DNA of 64,000 nt from assembly GCA_963666515.2 (NCBI GenBank), contig OY762897.2, positions 1,312,001 through 1,376,000 of the forward strand, in the 5' to 3' direction. Both the position numbers and the translations under genes were made by a program. Shown piece after piece: positions 9,650 to 19,627 of the stretch. Numbering within the stretch: position 1 is the stretch's first letter; each line of letters starts with the position of its first letter. This DNA is from Candidatus Binatia bacterium (GTDB lineage Bacteria; Desulfobacterota; Binatia; UBA9968; JAJDTQ01). Below the pieces are notes generated by a model. The model saw nothing but the letters and a program-made list of their open reading frames with translations, had not been told where the DNA came from and did no database searches.

Positions 9650-10849
9650 GTGCCGTCACCAGTATCCAGTAACGCCCAACGGTGGGGCCGAAGGCTCAAC
9701 TACCTGGCCGGCGCCTGCGTCGCCAGTTCCATGAGCGCCGCGACCACGTTCGTGCCGCTCTACATGAAGAGCCTCGGCTCCTCCTATTTCGTGAGCGGCC
9801 TGCCTCTGGGGGTGCGAGCGGTAGGGCGCTTCACCTTCGACGCCGCGGCCATGGTGATCGCCGGGCGGCGCCTGCCGCCCCAGGCCATGCTGGCCCTGGG
9901 CGTCACCTTCACCGGCATGGCGCTGCTGGCGTGCGGGCTGTTTCCGAGCGCCTACCCGGTCACCGCGGCCTTCTTCTTCATCGGCGCCGGGGTGGCGTGG
10001 GTGCAGATCGCCTTGCGGCAGATCGTGTTCGAGGGAGCCGAATCCGGCCGCCGCGGGCGCGCCTTGGGAATCCTCAGCCTCTTCCTCGGTTCGGGTCCCA
10101 TCGTGGGCATCTTCTTCGGCGGGTTGATCTCCGAGTACTTCGGCTACCGCTACCTGTTCTTCGCCGCGGCCGCGGCCGTCCTGTGGCTGCCGCTGTTGCT
10201 GGTGCGGCTGTCGCCGCGGCGCAAGGAACCCGAAGAGCCGGGAGCCTCGCTGCGGCTGCGGGTGATCCGGGAGATTCTCTCGACGCCCGGCGCAAGCCTG
10301 TTCTGCGTCTCCAGCTTCTTCTCGCTCTTCTACCAGCCCGCCCGCTCCGTGGCGTTGGCCTTCTACGCCACCGAGGCGCTGGGGCTGTCGGTGGCCTCCT
10401 ACGGCGTCATGCGGAGCATCAGCCAGCTCGGCAACGTCAACGGGCGCTTTTTCGGCGGCATCTGGACGGACCGCTCCGGGGTCATGGCCTGTCTGGCCAG
10501 CGGCTACTTCATCTCGGCCGCGGGTTTCGCCCTGGTCCCGTGGACCGATAACTTCTGGTCGCTTTTGATCGTGCACACCGCCATCGGCGCGGGCGCCGGC
10601 ATGGTGAACCTGGCGAGCCAGGTGGGCATCCTGTCCATCTTCCCCTCCGCCCGCCGCGGACAGGCGCTGGCGCTCCAGCGCGCGGTGGGCGACATCGGCC
10701 TTTTCCTGGGCCCAATCGTCGTCAGCGCGGGCCTGGACGCTTTCGGCTTTCTCCCCGTGTTCATGGGACTGGCCGCGCCTCCCCTGGTCTTCGGACTGTG
10801 GACGGCGCTGGGAAGGCCGTTCCCGGCGGACCACGCGCGGGTGGACTAG
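9650..10849 (+). CDS. MFS transporter
   Basis: About 12 hydrophobic helices, RGRALG and G.WTDRSG loops. Confidence 0.88.
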   Translation: MPSPVSSNAQRWGRRLNYLAGACVASSMSAATTFVPLYMKSLGSSYFVSGLPLGVRAVGRFTFDAAAMVIAGRRLPPQAMLALGVTFTGMALLACGLFPSAYPVTAAFFFIGAGVAWVQIALRQIVFEGAESGRRGRALGILSLFLGSGPIVGIFFGGLISEYFGYRYLFFAAAAAVLWLPLLLVRLSPRRKEPEEPGASLRLRVIREILSTPGASLFCVSSFFSLFYQPARSVALAFYATEALGLSVASYGVMRSISQLGNVNGRFFGGIWTDRSGVMACLASGYFISAAGFALVPWTDNFWSLLIVHTAIGAGAGMVNLASQVGILSIFPSARRGQALALQRAVGDIGLFLGPIVVSAGLDAFGFLPVFMGLAAPPLVFGLWTALGRPFPADHARVD

Positions 10850-10884
10850 ACCTCCCCCCTTTCCGTCATTTCCGCGCCCCAAAT

Positions 10885-10987
10885 CGTCATTCCCGCGAAA
10901 GCGGGAATCCAGGAGGGGTTAGGCGGGAAGCGCGCCGCAGCAGCGCCCCGCTACCGCCCCTGGATTCCCGCTTTCGCGGGAATGACG
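10885..10987. repeat. REP-like palindromic element pair (family A, GTCATTCCCGCGAAAGCGGGAATCCA)
   Basis: 27-bp unit at 10885-10911 and its perfect inverse at 10961-10987, between convergent genes. Confidence 0.9.
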
Positions 10988-11056
10988 GATTTGCCTTTCG
11001 TCGCTAGGAAGCGGTGTTTGACACAGCCTGTTGCACGGGAATGACGGGTTGGGGGC

Positions 11057-11998
11057 CTACCCCAGGTGAGGCACGACGTCTTCCGCCAGCAGCTCCAGGT
11101 GCTCCATCTCGTCGAAGGCGGGGTTGAGGAGCAGGTGCCGAGCGCCGAAGCCCACCACTTGGTTGAGCTTGTCGATGACTTCCTGCCGTCCGCCCCAGAC
11201 GCACACCTGCGAAGCCATGTCGGCGTTGCGGTAGCGCACGGCGAAGAACTCCCGCAGGCGCCGTTCCGCCCGGTCGCGGTCGTCGTCCACCGCGAGGTAG
11301 ACACGCTTGGAGATGGCGAAGGTGGCCGGGTCGCGCTTGGCCTCGTCCAGCAGTCGCACGATGCGTCCGTGCTCCTTGACGAAGCGGTCGGTGCCCGAGG
11401 AGCCCGCGCCCATCCAGCCTGCGCCGTAGGTTACGGCTCGGCGCAACGCCGGCTCGGCGTGGCCGCCGAACCAGAGCGGGAAGGGTCGCTGCAGCGGCTT
11501 GGGCTCCATGGCCACATCGGTGAAGTTCCAGAAGCGCCCCTCAAAGCTGACCCGCTCTTCGCTCCACAGCGCCTGCATGACCTTGATTCCTTCCACGAAG
11601 CGGGTCACGCGGTGCTCGGAAGGGTAGCCGAAGACGGTCTCGGGCTCGGGCCACATGCGGCCGCGGACGCCGCCGAGGCCGATGCCGGGAATGATCCGCC
11701 CGCCGCTCAACTGGTCCAGGCTCGCAAGGCTCTTGGCGAGTTGCAACGGATTGCGCAGCACGGTGAGCAGCACCGAGGCGCCGATCTTGAGACGTGAGGT
11801 GGCCGCGGCCACGTACGTCATCAGCGTGACTGGCTCCAGCATGGAGAAGTTGCTGAGGATGCGCTCCTGGGTCCAAAGGCTGTCGTAGTCCAGCTCCTCG
11901 GCCCGGGTCACGAACTTTCTGATGTGCTCCGAGTCGACGGGTCCGCCGATGAACACCTGGGGGATCTCGATGCCGCAGGGGATGTGGCCGTCCGCCAT
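11057..11998 (-). CDS. LLM class flavin/F420-dependent oxidoreductase
   Basis: AEELDYDSLW, LRNPLQLAK..ASLDQLSGGR, PKPLQRP.PLWFGG. Confidence 0.92.
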   Translation of the reverse strand: MADGHIPCGIEIPQVFIGGPVDSEHIRKFVTRAEELDYDSLWTQERILSNFSMLEPVTLMTYVAAATSRLKIGASVLLTVLRNPLQLAKSLASLDQLSGGRIIPGIGLGGVRGRMWPEPETVFGYPSEHRVTRFVEGIKVMQALWSEERVSFEGRFWNFTDVAMEPKPLQRPFPLWFGGHAEPALRRAVTYGAGWMGAGSSGTDRFVKEHGRIVRLLDEAKRDPATFAISKRVYLAVDDDRDRAERRLREFFAVRYRNADMASQVCVWGGRQEVIDKLNQVVGFGARHLLLNPAFDEMEHLELLAEDVVPHLG

Positions 11999-12002
11999 GT
12001 CG

Positions 12003-12971
12003 TTACCTCACGGCTTCCAGGATGGCGCGTGCGATGCGTTCTTCCGATGGGGCGATGTATTCCTCGAGCGGTTGACTGTAGGGGACCGGCACGTCCAGGG
12101 TCGACACACGGCGAATGGGTCCCTTGAGCTTGTCGAAGCCGCTCTCGGCGATGCGCGCGGCGATTTCCGCGGCCACGCCGCAACTCTGATGGGTCTCGTC
12201 CGCGATCACCACGCGGCCGGTCTTCTCCACCGAGGCCATGACGGTGTCGAGGTCGAAGGGCACCAGCGTGCGCGGGTCCACCACCTCCACGTCGATGCCG
12301 TCGGATGCGAGCGCTTCGGCCACGGCAAGGGCGCGCTGCACCGTGAAGGAAGTGGCGATCAGGGTGACGGCGGCGCCGGTTCGTTTCACGTCCGCCTGCC
12401 CCAGTGGGATGCGGTCGCCGTCCGGCACCGGCCCTTCCGTCTCGAACAGGTTCGAGTGATCGACGAAGACCGTGGGGTTGTCGCTGGCCACCGCGGCCTT
12501 GAGGAGACCCTTCACGTCGCGCGGCGAGGACGGCAGCACGATCTCCAGGCCCGGACAGTTCCACAGCATGGCCTGGGGGCTGCCGGAGTGCTGCGCCGCG
12601 CCGCCGCCCCTGAGGCCGTGGAGCATGTGGAACACCACGGGCGCCTGCACCTGGCCGCCGGACATGTACAGGACGTTGGCCGCTTCGTTCACCACCTGGG
12701 GCCAGGCTTCGAACAGGAAGCTGCCCGTGGTCACGTCCACCACCGGCCGCAGCCCGGCCATGGCCGCGCCCGTGGCCAGCCCGCAGAAACCGAGTTCCGA
12801 GATGGGCGGCGCCGCCACGCGGTCGGGCCAGGCTTTCTCGATGGCCGCGAACTTGAGCCGGTGCGGGCTCAGGCTGAAGAACGTCCCGCCGATGAGGTGG
12901 ACGCGCTCGTCCTCCTCCATCAGCTCGCGCAGGGCTTCGAGCTTTGCCTCGTGGTACTTCAGGTTTCGCAT
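12003..12971 (-). CDS. TPP-dependent 2-oxoacid/acetoin dehydrogenase E1 beta-like subunit
   Basis: PISELGF.G.A.GAAMAGLRPVV, AAQHS, VVDPRTLVPFD, SVEKTGR. Confidence 0.92.
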   Translation of the reverse strand: MRNLKYHEAKLEALRELMEEDERVHLIGGTFFSLSPHRLKFAAIEKAWPDRVAAPPISELGFCGLATGAAMAGLRPVVDVTTGSFLFEAWPQVVNEAANVLYMSGGQVQAPVVFHMLHGLRGGGAAQHSGSPQAMLWNCPGLEIVLPSSPRDVKGLLKAAVASDNPTVFVDHSNLFETEGPVPDGDRIPLGQADVKRTGAAVTLIATSFTVQRALAVAEALASDGIDVEVVDPRTLVPFDLDTVMASVEKTGRVVIADETHQSCGVAAEIAARIAESGFDKLKGPIRRVSTLDVPVPYSQPLEEYIAPSEERIARAILEAVR

Positions 12972-13020
12972 TTCGGTCGCGTTTCGGAATCGCCCTGGTT
13001 ATCCGTCGCTCCGCACGGTC

Positions 13021-13047
13021 CGTCATTCCGGCGAAAGCCGGAATCCA
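13021..13047 (+). repeat. REP-like element (family A)
   Basis: CGTCATTCCGGCGAAAGCCGGAATCCA; compensatory stem changes relative to the 10885 copy. Confidence 0.85.
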
Positions 13048-13071
13048 GGGAGGCGGGGAAAACGGCCGGCT

Positions 13072-14091
13072 TCACGCGAACACGTCCGTCTCCGCCTCCG
13101 CCAAGTCGGGATAGGGGCTGTCGAAGGCGAAATCGACCGCGGCCGCGATCTGCTCCACCACCGATCGGTTGATGGCCTCCAGCTCCTCGCGGTCCGCGTG
13201 CCCGTTCTCCACCAGTTCGCGCATGAACCGGAGCACCGGATCGCTGTCCCGATACCAGCCGCGCACGTCCTCGGGCGCGCCGGACACGTCCCAGGCCAGC
13301 GCCACCGTGGTGGGCGCCTTGACCACCGGCCAGTTGGTCTCGCTGCCCGGCCAGCGCACCGTCAGGGTTTCGATGAAGCGCGGGCCGTCGCCCGAACGGA
13401 CCGCGTCGATGTTCTCGCGCAGCGCGTCGTGCACCACGCCGGCGTCGGTGCCGTCCACCTGCACCGCGGGGATCTTGTAGGCCCTGGGCAGATCGGTGAG
13501 CGGGTACGCCGCCATGGTGGACGACTGGGCCGCGCCCACGGCGTTGCCGGCGCCGTACTTGCCGTTGTTCTCGCACAGGAACAGCACCGGCAGCTTCCAC
13601 AGCGACGCCAGGTTGAAGGTTTCGGGGATGGCGCCTTCTTCCAGCGCGCCGTCGCCGAACAGGCACACGGCGATCTGCCCGGCGCCCCGGCTCTTGGCCG
13701 CGTAGGCGGCTCCGGCCCCCAGGGGCAGGATGCCGCCCACCACGCCCGAGCACTGGAGGAACCCCAGCTCCCGCGGGCTCGTGTGGAAGGAGCCGCCCTT
13801 GCCCCGGTTGTAGCCGTCGCGCCGGCCCAGTATCTCAGCCAGGAGCCGCCCGGGGTCGCCGCCACGAGCGAGGATATGGCCGTGGTTCCGGTGGGTGGAG
13901 AACAAGAGGTCGTCGGCTCGGAGCAGCGAGATCGCCGGCACCCCGGTGCCTTCCTGGCCGATGTAGACGTGGTAGTGGCCGCGGAAGCGCCCCTCGTGAT
14001 GCAGGCCGATGAGCCGTTCCTCGAAGTGCCGGATGACCAGCATCCTGCGGCACTGGTCCAGCAGTGGTTCCTTGGGGATGTCGGGGAGCAT
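13072..14091 (-). CDS. TPP-dependent dehydrogenase E1 alpha-like subunit
   Basis: H.YIGQE, STHRNHGH, GKGGSFH, GDGA...N TPP-binding motif; start assigned to ATG at 14091. Confidence 0.92.
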   Translation of the reverse strand: MLPDIPKEPLLDQCRRMLVIRHFEERLIGLHHEGRFRGHYHVYIGQEGTGVPAISLLRADDLLFSTHRNHGHILARGGDPGRLLAEILGRRDGYNRGKGGSFHTSPRELGFLQCSGVVGGILPLGAGAAYAAKSRGAGQIAVCLFGDGALEEGAIPETFNLASLWKLPVLFLCENNGKYGAGNAVGAAQSSTMAAYPLTDLPRAYKIPAVQVDGTDAGVVHDALRENIDAVRSGDGPRFIETLTVRWPGSETNWPVVKAPTTVALAWDVSGAPEDVRGWYRDSDPVLRFMRELVENGHADREELEAINRSVVEQIAAAVDFAFDSPYPDLAEAETDVFA

Positions 14092-14177
14092 TTCGGCAAC
14101 CGGTATAGGCCATCGGGCCGCGGATGCCAAGCCCCGTCGTCACGCCGTGCCAAGGGTGCAGACGGCGGCGACGTTGT

Positions 14178-14206
14178 TTGACAAGCCCACCGGAGCGGGC
14201 TAATCA
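14178..14206 (+). promoter_or_regulatory. Putative sigma70 promoter of the SDR-thiolase operon
   Basis: TTGACA-17 bp-TAATCA. Confidence 0.45.
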
Positions 14207-14233
14207 CGGTGCGAGCAGTGAGAGGAATGCACC

Positions 14234-14980
14234 ATGACGCTTGAGGACAAGGTCGCCGTCGTTACCGGCGGCGGACAGGGCCTGGGCCGGGCCATCACCC
14301 TGGCGCTGGCGCGCGCGGGCGCGAAGGCGGTCGTGGCCGACATGAACCCGGACACCGCCGAGGCGGTTGCCGCCGAGGTCGCGGACGCCGGCGGCGAGGC
14401 GCTGGCCGTGCAGGTGGACGTGGCCGCCGAAGGCTCGGTGGCCGCGTTGCGCGAACGCGCCCTGGACCGCTTCGGACGCGTGGACGTCCTGGCGGCCAAC
14501 GCCGGCCTGTATCCGCGTTCCATGGTGGTGGACATGCCAGAGGAGGAGTGGGACCGGGTGCTGGACGTCAACGTCGGCGGTCAGTTCCTGTGCGCGCGGG
14601 CTTTCGTTCCGGCCATGAAGCAGCAGGGCAGCGGCCGCATCATCTGCACGGCGTCGTCCATCGCCTACAAGGGTCAGCCCGGCCACGCCCACTACGCCGC
14701 CTCCAAGGCCGCCACGCTCGGTCTCGTCCGCGGACTGGCGCGGGAACTGGCGCCTCACGGCATCACGGTGAACGCGGTGGCGCCCGGGACCGCCAACACC
14801 GCCATGCCCCGCCAGCACCGCTCCGAGGAATCCATGCGGGAACGGGGCGCCCGGGTGCCGCTGGGCCGCATCGCGGAACCGGAGGATATCGCCAACACTG
14901 TCGCCTTTCTCGCAAGCGACGCGGCCGCCTACATCACCGGGCAGACCCTGGTCGTCAACGGCGGAGACTTCATGATCTGA
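14234..14980 (+). CDS. SDR family oxidoreductase
   Basis: TGGGQGLG, NAG, YAASK, VNAVAPG. Confidence 0.95.
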   Translation: MTLEDKVAVVTGGGQGLGRAITLALARAGAKAVVADMNPDTAEAVAAEVADAGGEALAVQVDVAAEGSVAALRERALDRFGRVDVLAANAGLYPRSMVVDMPEEEWDRVLDVNVGGQFLCARAFVPAMKQQGSGRIICTASSIAYKGQPGHAHYAASKAATLGLVRGLARELAPHGITVNAVAPGTANTAMPRQHRSEESMRERGARVPLGRIAEPEDIANTVAFLASDAAAYITGQTLVVNGGDFMI

Positions 14981-15027
14981 TCTCCGGACCTGCTTCCGGA
15001 GTCCTCTGACGTGGAAGGAAAGCCTTC

Positions 15028-16179
15028 ATGCTGAGAAAGAAGGTTTGCCTCGTGGGCTACGGCTCGACGGAATACTCGCGGAAGTCTGACCGGCCGTTGC
15101 TGTCCTACTATGCCGAGGCCATGCAGAACGCCATGGCCCAGACCGGCCTCACCAAAAAAGAGATCAACGGATTCTCCATGGTGACCCAGGCCAGCCCCGA
15201 CTACTCGCCCTACGTGGCCGAGCAGTTGGGTCTGGAGCTGGACTGGGTGCTGAACGGAGACTGCGGCGGCGCCGGTGCGGTGTGCGCCATCCGGCGCGCG
15301 GCCGACGCCATCGAGGCGGGCTACCTGGACGTGGCCTTCATCGTCGCCGGCAACGCCTTCGACAAGAACGTGGCCCACCAGCGGGTGCTGGAGTACCAGC
15401 GGGCCAACTACGTGGACGTGTACGGCTACGGCGGCCCCAACACGCTGTTCGCGCTGGTGCAGCGCCGCCACATGGAGGAGTACGGCACCACCCTGGAGCA
15501 GATCGGCAAGATCGCCGTGAGCCAGCGCTACAACGCCGGCCCCAACCCCCAGGCGCTCCTGCGTGCGCCCATGACCATCGAGGACTACCTGAACTCGCGC
15601 CTGATCTCCGACCCCATCCGGCTGTTCGACTGCGTGATGCCGTGCTCGGGCGGCGAGTGCGTGGTGGTGGCTTCCGAGGAACGCGCCAAACAGATCACGG
15701 ACAAGCCGGTCTATCTCGTGACCGACGCCGAGAAGATCGGCTTCCAGGCCTCCAACATGCTGCCGGACAAGACCGTCACCGGCATGAGCGTGGTGGGCGA
15801 GCGCCTGTTCTCGGAGATGAGCCGGGACAACATCGACGTGCTGGCCATCTACGACGACTATCCCATCGCGGTCATGATGCAGCTCGAGGACTTGGGCTAC
15901 TGCGCCAAGGGGCAGGGCGGGCCGTTCGTCGACGAGCACGACCTGACCTTCGGCGGCGACTTCCCCGTGAACACCGGCGGTGGCGAGATCTCGGTAGGGC
16001 AGGCGGGTCTGGCTGGAGGCATGCTGCACGTGGTGGAAGCGTTGCGGCAGTTGCGCGGCGAAGCCGGAGAACGGCAGGTCAGCTCGGCCGAGACCGCGCT
16101 GGTCACGGGCATCGGTTGGTTGTCCTACGCGCGCAATCTCAACACCACCGCGGCGCTGATCCTGGAGAGGAGGTCGTAA
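15028..16179 (+). CDS. Thiolase-superfamily (SCP2/Ltp2-like) protein
   Basis: NP.A..R.P.T.EDYL.SR.I.DP..L.DC, IYDDY, PVNTGGG. Confidence 0.88.
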   Translation: MLRKKVCLVGYGSTEYSRKSDRPLLSYYAEAMQNAMAQTGLTKKEINGFSMVTQASPDYSPYVAEQLGLELDWVLNGDCGGAGAVCAIRRAADAIEAGYLDVAFIVAGNAFDKNVAHQRVLEYQRANYVDVYGYGGPNTLFALVQRRHMEEYGTTLEQIGKIAVSQRYNAGPNPQALLRAPMTIEDYLNSRLISDPIRLFDCVMPCSGGECVVVASEERAKQITDKPVYLVTDAEKIGFQASNMLPDKTVTGMSVVGERLFSEMSRDNIDVLAIYDDYPIAVMMQLEDLGYCAKGQGGPFVDEHDLTFGGDFPVNTGGGEISVGQAGLAGGMLHVVEALRQLRGEAGERQVSSAETALVTGIGWLSYARNLNTTAALILERRS

Positions 16180-16583
16180 TGGCCGGCAAGAGTCTGCCCG
16201 TTGTGAATCCGGTGGACCGTGAGTATTGGGAGGCCGCGGCAAAAGGGGAATTGCGGCTTCAGAAGTGCCGGGCCTGCGGCGTGCTCCAGTTCTTTCCCCG
16301 GGCGGTCTGCACCGGCTGCCTCGGCGGCGACCTGGAGTGGGTGCGGGTCAGCGGCAAGGGCAAGGTGCACACCTTCTCCCTGTGCCGTGTGCCCCGGAAC
16401 CGCGCCTTCATGGATGAGGTGCCCATCTGCGTGGCCGAGGTGGAGCTGGAGGAGGGCGTGCGCATGGTCACCCGCATCGTCGGCGACAACCGCGACCAGG
16501 TCACCCTCGGCGCCCCGGTCACCGTCACCTTCATGGACACCGAGGACCCCGACATCAAGCTGCCGGTGTTCGAGCTGGCCTGA
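16179..16583 (+). CDS. Zn-ribbon/OB-fold (DUF35) protein
   Basis: ATG overlaps the thiolase TAA; YWEAA..GEL.LQKC..C...FFPR..C..C, VELEEG.RM. Confidence 0.92.
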   Translation: MAGKSLPVVNPVDREYWEAAAKGELRLQKCRACGVLQFFPRAVCTGCLGGDLEWVRVSGKGKVHTFSLCRVPRNRAFMDEVPICVAEVELEEGVRMVTRIVGDNRDQVTLGAPVTVTFMDTEDPDIKLPVFELA

Positions 16584-16855
16584 TTTACAGCCGCGCCCGG
16601 AGCGTCTCGTGAAACGGACGCCCCCGGCGCGCACCCGTCCGCCGCGCCATGGCGACCATCGAAGTCTACAGCAAGAGTTGGTGCCCGTTCTGTCGGATGG
16701 CGAAGCGCCTTCTTGAGGAAAAGGGCCAGGAGTTCGTCGAGTTCGACGTAGAACTGGATCCCGCCAAGTACGACGAGATGCTGGAGCGCTCCCAGGGCCG
16801 CTGGACCGTCCCGGAGATCTTCATCGACGGCGAACTGATCGGCGGCTTCGACGAA
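16563..16855 (+). repeat. Copy 1 of a ~290-bp diverged direct repeat (DUF35 3' end + intergenic + most of grxC)
   Basis: Aligns by eye with 19628-19913, with scattered substitutions. Confidence 0.9.
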
Positions 16856-16906
16856 CTGCGAGCCCTGGACGCCAGCGGCCGGCTCGATGAGATGCTCGGC
16901 TCCTGA
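16649..16906 (+). CDS. grxC: Glutaredoxin 3
   Basis: CPFC active site, TVPEIFI, IGGFD. Confidence 0.92.
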   Translation: MATIEVYSKSWCPFCRMAKRLLEEKGQEFVEFDVELDPAKYDEMLERSQGRWTVPEIFIDGELIGGFDELRALDASGRLDEMLGS

Positions 16907-16976
16907 AGCGAGCGTCGCCGTCGGTGCTACGTAACACGGTCTATGAGTTAATCAGTCATAACCACCTGACAGACAA

Positions 16977-17375
16977 ATGCCCCAGCAAACATCCCTTCCC
17001 TACGACATGGGAAACGCCGGCGACCTGCTGAAGCATGGCGTTTTGGCGGAGACCCTTCGTCATCGCCTGATCTTCCGGCCGAACCAGCCAATACGATTCC
17101 TCGACCTGTTCGGGGGCGAGCCGTTTGGTTGCGGAATATCCGACGAGATCGTTGAGCGGGTGGGCAAGCTCTCCGAGTGTGCCTTCCAGGACGGGCAACC
17201 CGACATTCGTGCTGGCAAGTACTACGGAAGCGGCATGTTGGCTCGGAAGCTGGGAGGCAGCCTTGGTGGCCACGTGTCGGTTTTCGCTTCGGACCGCGAC
17301 GAAGGGCGACGGGAAAAGCTACGGCCTCAATCAATCGCTGGGGTGGTTCCCGATAAGGGAAGTTTACCAAAGTGA
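16977..17375 (+). pseudogene. Truncated RlmJ-like (SAM-dependent methyltransferase) fragment
   Basis: YDMGNAGDLLKH..L resembles the RlmJ N-terminal HAGN.AD..KH motif; FLDLFGG and Y.GS follow; only 132 aa. Confidence 0.5.
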
Positions 17376-17405
17376 ATTCCACTGAGTGAAGAGTCAAGGA
17401 AAAGC

Positions 17406-18350
17406 ATGATCTTGAGCGCAAATGTGCTCTCCTACTTCATATCTGCCGACTGGAGCAAGCGCCCTAGCAAACGTGCGGTCTACGTTGCCGATGTACGGAA
17501 ACGACACATCCAAAAAGAGGAGAACACGAACTGGAATGTGGACGCTCTCCTGGACTTGGCGAAACGACTCTCAAAAGACTCAAAAGGCGGGCCGGTGCTG
17601 ATCGGCGTTGATGTGGTACTGGGCGTCCCCGCGGGCTACTGGGAGAAGGTGCTTGATGAGAACCGGCCTCACACGCCGAAGAATTTCGTCGATTGGCTCA
17701 GATGTCTAAACCCCTCTGGAGAATTCTTCGAGACGGTGATCCACCGCCATACCGAATGGAGTATCGAACGGCCTTGGTTCAAGGTGCCTAAGGGTAAGGG
17801 CGGCCTGACATCGTTCACGAAGCACGTAGAACGTCGAATGCTTCGCAGGATTGATGCCGCTACAGGAGCGAAGCCGGTGTTTGTCGTCGAGGGTATTCCC
17901 GGCACCGTCGGGAGCGGGACGCGGAATTTCTGGAAGGAACTCGTACCATATCTGCAGCGTGACGAGGGCTTCGCGGTCTGGCCTTTCGAAGGAGATCTGA
18001 CCTCGCTCCTTAAACGGGGTGGAGTCGTGTTGTGCGAAACCTATCCGGCCCTTGCCTATGCTGAGGCGTTGCCTGACGAGTTGCCGCCCGGACGGCCTGC
18101 GAAGACGAAACGGACGTGGCGGGATTGCATGTGCAATCGTCTCATGAAGGTGTACGCGAACCGGATCGATCTCGGTCCGCTAGATGCGTTGCGGGAGAAC
18201 GATGACGATTTCGATGCACACGTCACGGCGGTGGCCTTCCTTCGCTGCATCGACGAGGGGCGTGAGATTGCTTCTCGTGAATGGATCGACCCGGTGGCCG
18301 AGGGGTCGATGCTGCTCGCGGGTCGATGCTGCCCGCCGGAGCGACAGTAA
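17406..18350 (+). CDS. DUF429-like predicted RNase H-fold nuclease
   Basis: SADWS, IGVDVVLGVP, VWPFEG, ETYPALAY, DDFDA acidic motifs. Confidence 0.65.
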   Translation: MILSANVLSYFISADWSKRPSKRAVYVADVRKRHIQKEENTNWNVDALLDLAKRLSKDSKGGPVLIGVDVVLGVPAGYWEKVLDENRPHTPKNFVDWLRCLNPSGEFFETVIHRHTEWSIERPWFKVPKGKGGLTSFTKHVERRMLRRIDAATGAKPVFVVEGIPGTVGSGTRNFWKELVPYLQRDEGFAVWPFEGDLTSLLKRGGVVLCETYPALAYAEALPDELPPGRPAKTKRTWRDCMCNRLMKVYANRIDLGPLDALRENDDDFDAHVTAVAFLRCIDEGREIASREWIDPVAEGSMLLAGRCCPPERQ

Positions 18351-18430
18351 AGAGCCGACTACCTCGGACAGCGTTCAAGACAAGGTCCGAAACAGAGTCC
18401 GTGGGCGTCAGGTTGGAGGCCAGGACCGGA

Positions 18431-19459
18431 TCACGCCGGCTCGTCCCGCTCCTGTGCTGGCGCGGCCCAGCGCTCCTTGATAGCGCGGAACTCGGATTCG
18501 TCGATCCCCGTTGCCGACCGGATCAGATCCCAGTCCGCGCCGACTCTCAAAAGGCCCTCCACCGTCTCGACCTTGCCGCGCTGGAAGCCTTCTTCACGGC
18601 CTTCTTCTCTGCCCTCGACTTTGCCTTCCGCACGGCCCTCCTCTCTTCCCTCCTCCCGGCCTCTTGCTCGGCCTTCCGCACGACCCTCCTCCAAGAGTTC
18701 GTGAGCGTATGACATGATTTCTTCTCCTTGGCCGTGTCTGTGAAGCCGCAACGTTCCATCAAAGGCCTGCGCTGCCGCCCGATCCTGCGTCGCCAGCACA
18801 TAGAGACTGATTATTCGAATATAGTCCATCGTGCCGCCCGGAACCAGCGACGCCGCTAGCCGTGCGGCCGTCTCCAGAGCCGTGTCCGCGTGCCGGTCGA
18901 ACGCCGCCATCATCAGCAACTGGGCAATGCGGCCCATGGCGTCGCCTCCGACATCGCCGGGGTCCATTCCCGTCTGGTCCAGAAGCACGTGCTCGAATCG
19001 GGGCACCCAGGGGCAACCCCTGAGCGTTGGCGGGAACAGGTCAGCGAACTCCGTCGAATGGCTCCAGCCGCGGGTCCCCTGATAGAACACAATCGGAACG
19101 ACCGGCCGCAATTCCCCACGGCTGCGGTCATCACCCAGGTCTGCATCCCAGATGCGGCAGCAGTACTTCAGCAGCCGGAACCGCATCCACACGTCCGGCG
19201 TCGATTGATGCTCCAACAGCAGATAGAGCCGCAACCGCTGCTTCCCCTTCCCGTAGCCGGCTTCGAACAGCAGGTCGGACTCGCTCTCCCGCAGGGCATC
19301 GTCCACGAAGGTTCCCTCAACCAGTCGGAGACTGTTCCAATCGACGTTCTCGCGCAACTCCCGCGGCACGGCCGCCTGAAGCATGCCGGCGGCCTGTGAG
19401 GCATCGGAGAAGACCGCGCGAAACAGCCGGTCGTGGGGATGATCGATTTCATCGGCCAT
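18431..19459 (-). CDS. Rpn/YhgA-like recombination-promoting nuclease (putative transposase)
   Basis: PHDRLFR, FVD..LRE.ESDLLF, YLLLEHQS, P+V.YQG, C-terminal EGREEG repeats. Confidence 0.93.
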   Translation of the reverse strand: MADEIDHPHDRLFRAVFSDASQAAGMLQAAVPRELRENVDWNSLRLVEGTFVDDALRESESDLLFEAGYGKGKQRLRLYLLLEHQSTPDVWMRFRLLKYCCRIWDADLGDDRSRGELRPVVPIVFYQGTRGWSHSTEFADLFPPTLRGCPWVPRFEHVLLDQTGMDPGDVGGDAMGRIAQLLMMAAFDRHADTALETAARLAASLVPGGTMDYIRIISLYVLATQDRAAAQAFDGTLRLHRHGQGEEIMSYAHELLEEGRAEGRARGREEGREEGRAEGKVEGREEGREEGFQRGKVETVEGLLRVGADWDLIRSATGIDESEFRAIKERWAAPAQERDEPA

Positions 19460-19627
19460 GAGTGACTCTCCCGGACAGGGACTCCCTGCGTGCCTGTCCT
19501 ATAGAGAGTCATCGGCACCGCGTACCGGAACTTTAGCTAGGAGGGGCGTGAAAGGTCGGGCTTCTTGGGTTTCTCCAGGTGGGTGATTTCCACAGTACGG
19601 GTCAGTGCGCGCATCATCTCGGTTGGA

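Noticed and set aside
18585-18695. Short tandem-like repeats
   Set aside because: They encode the normal EGREEG tail of Rpn proteins; not a CRISPR array or VNTR.
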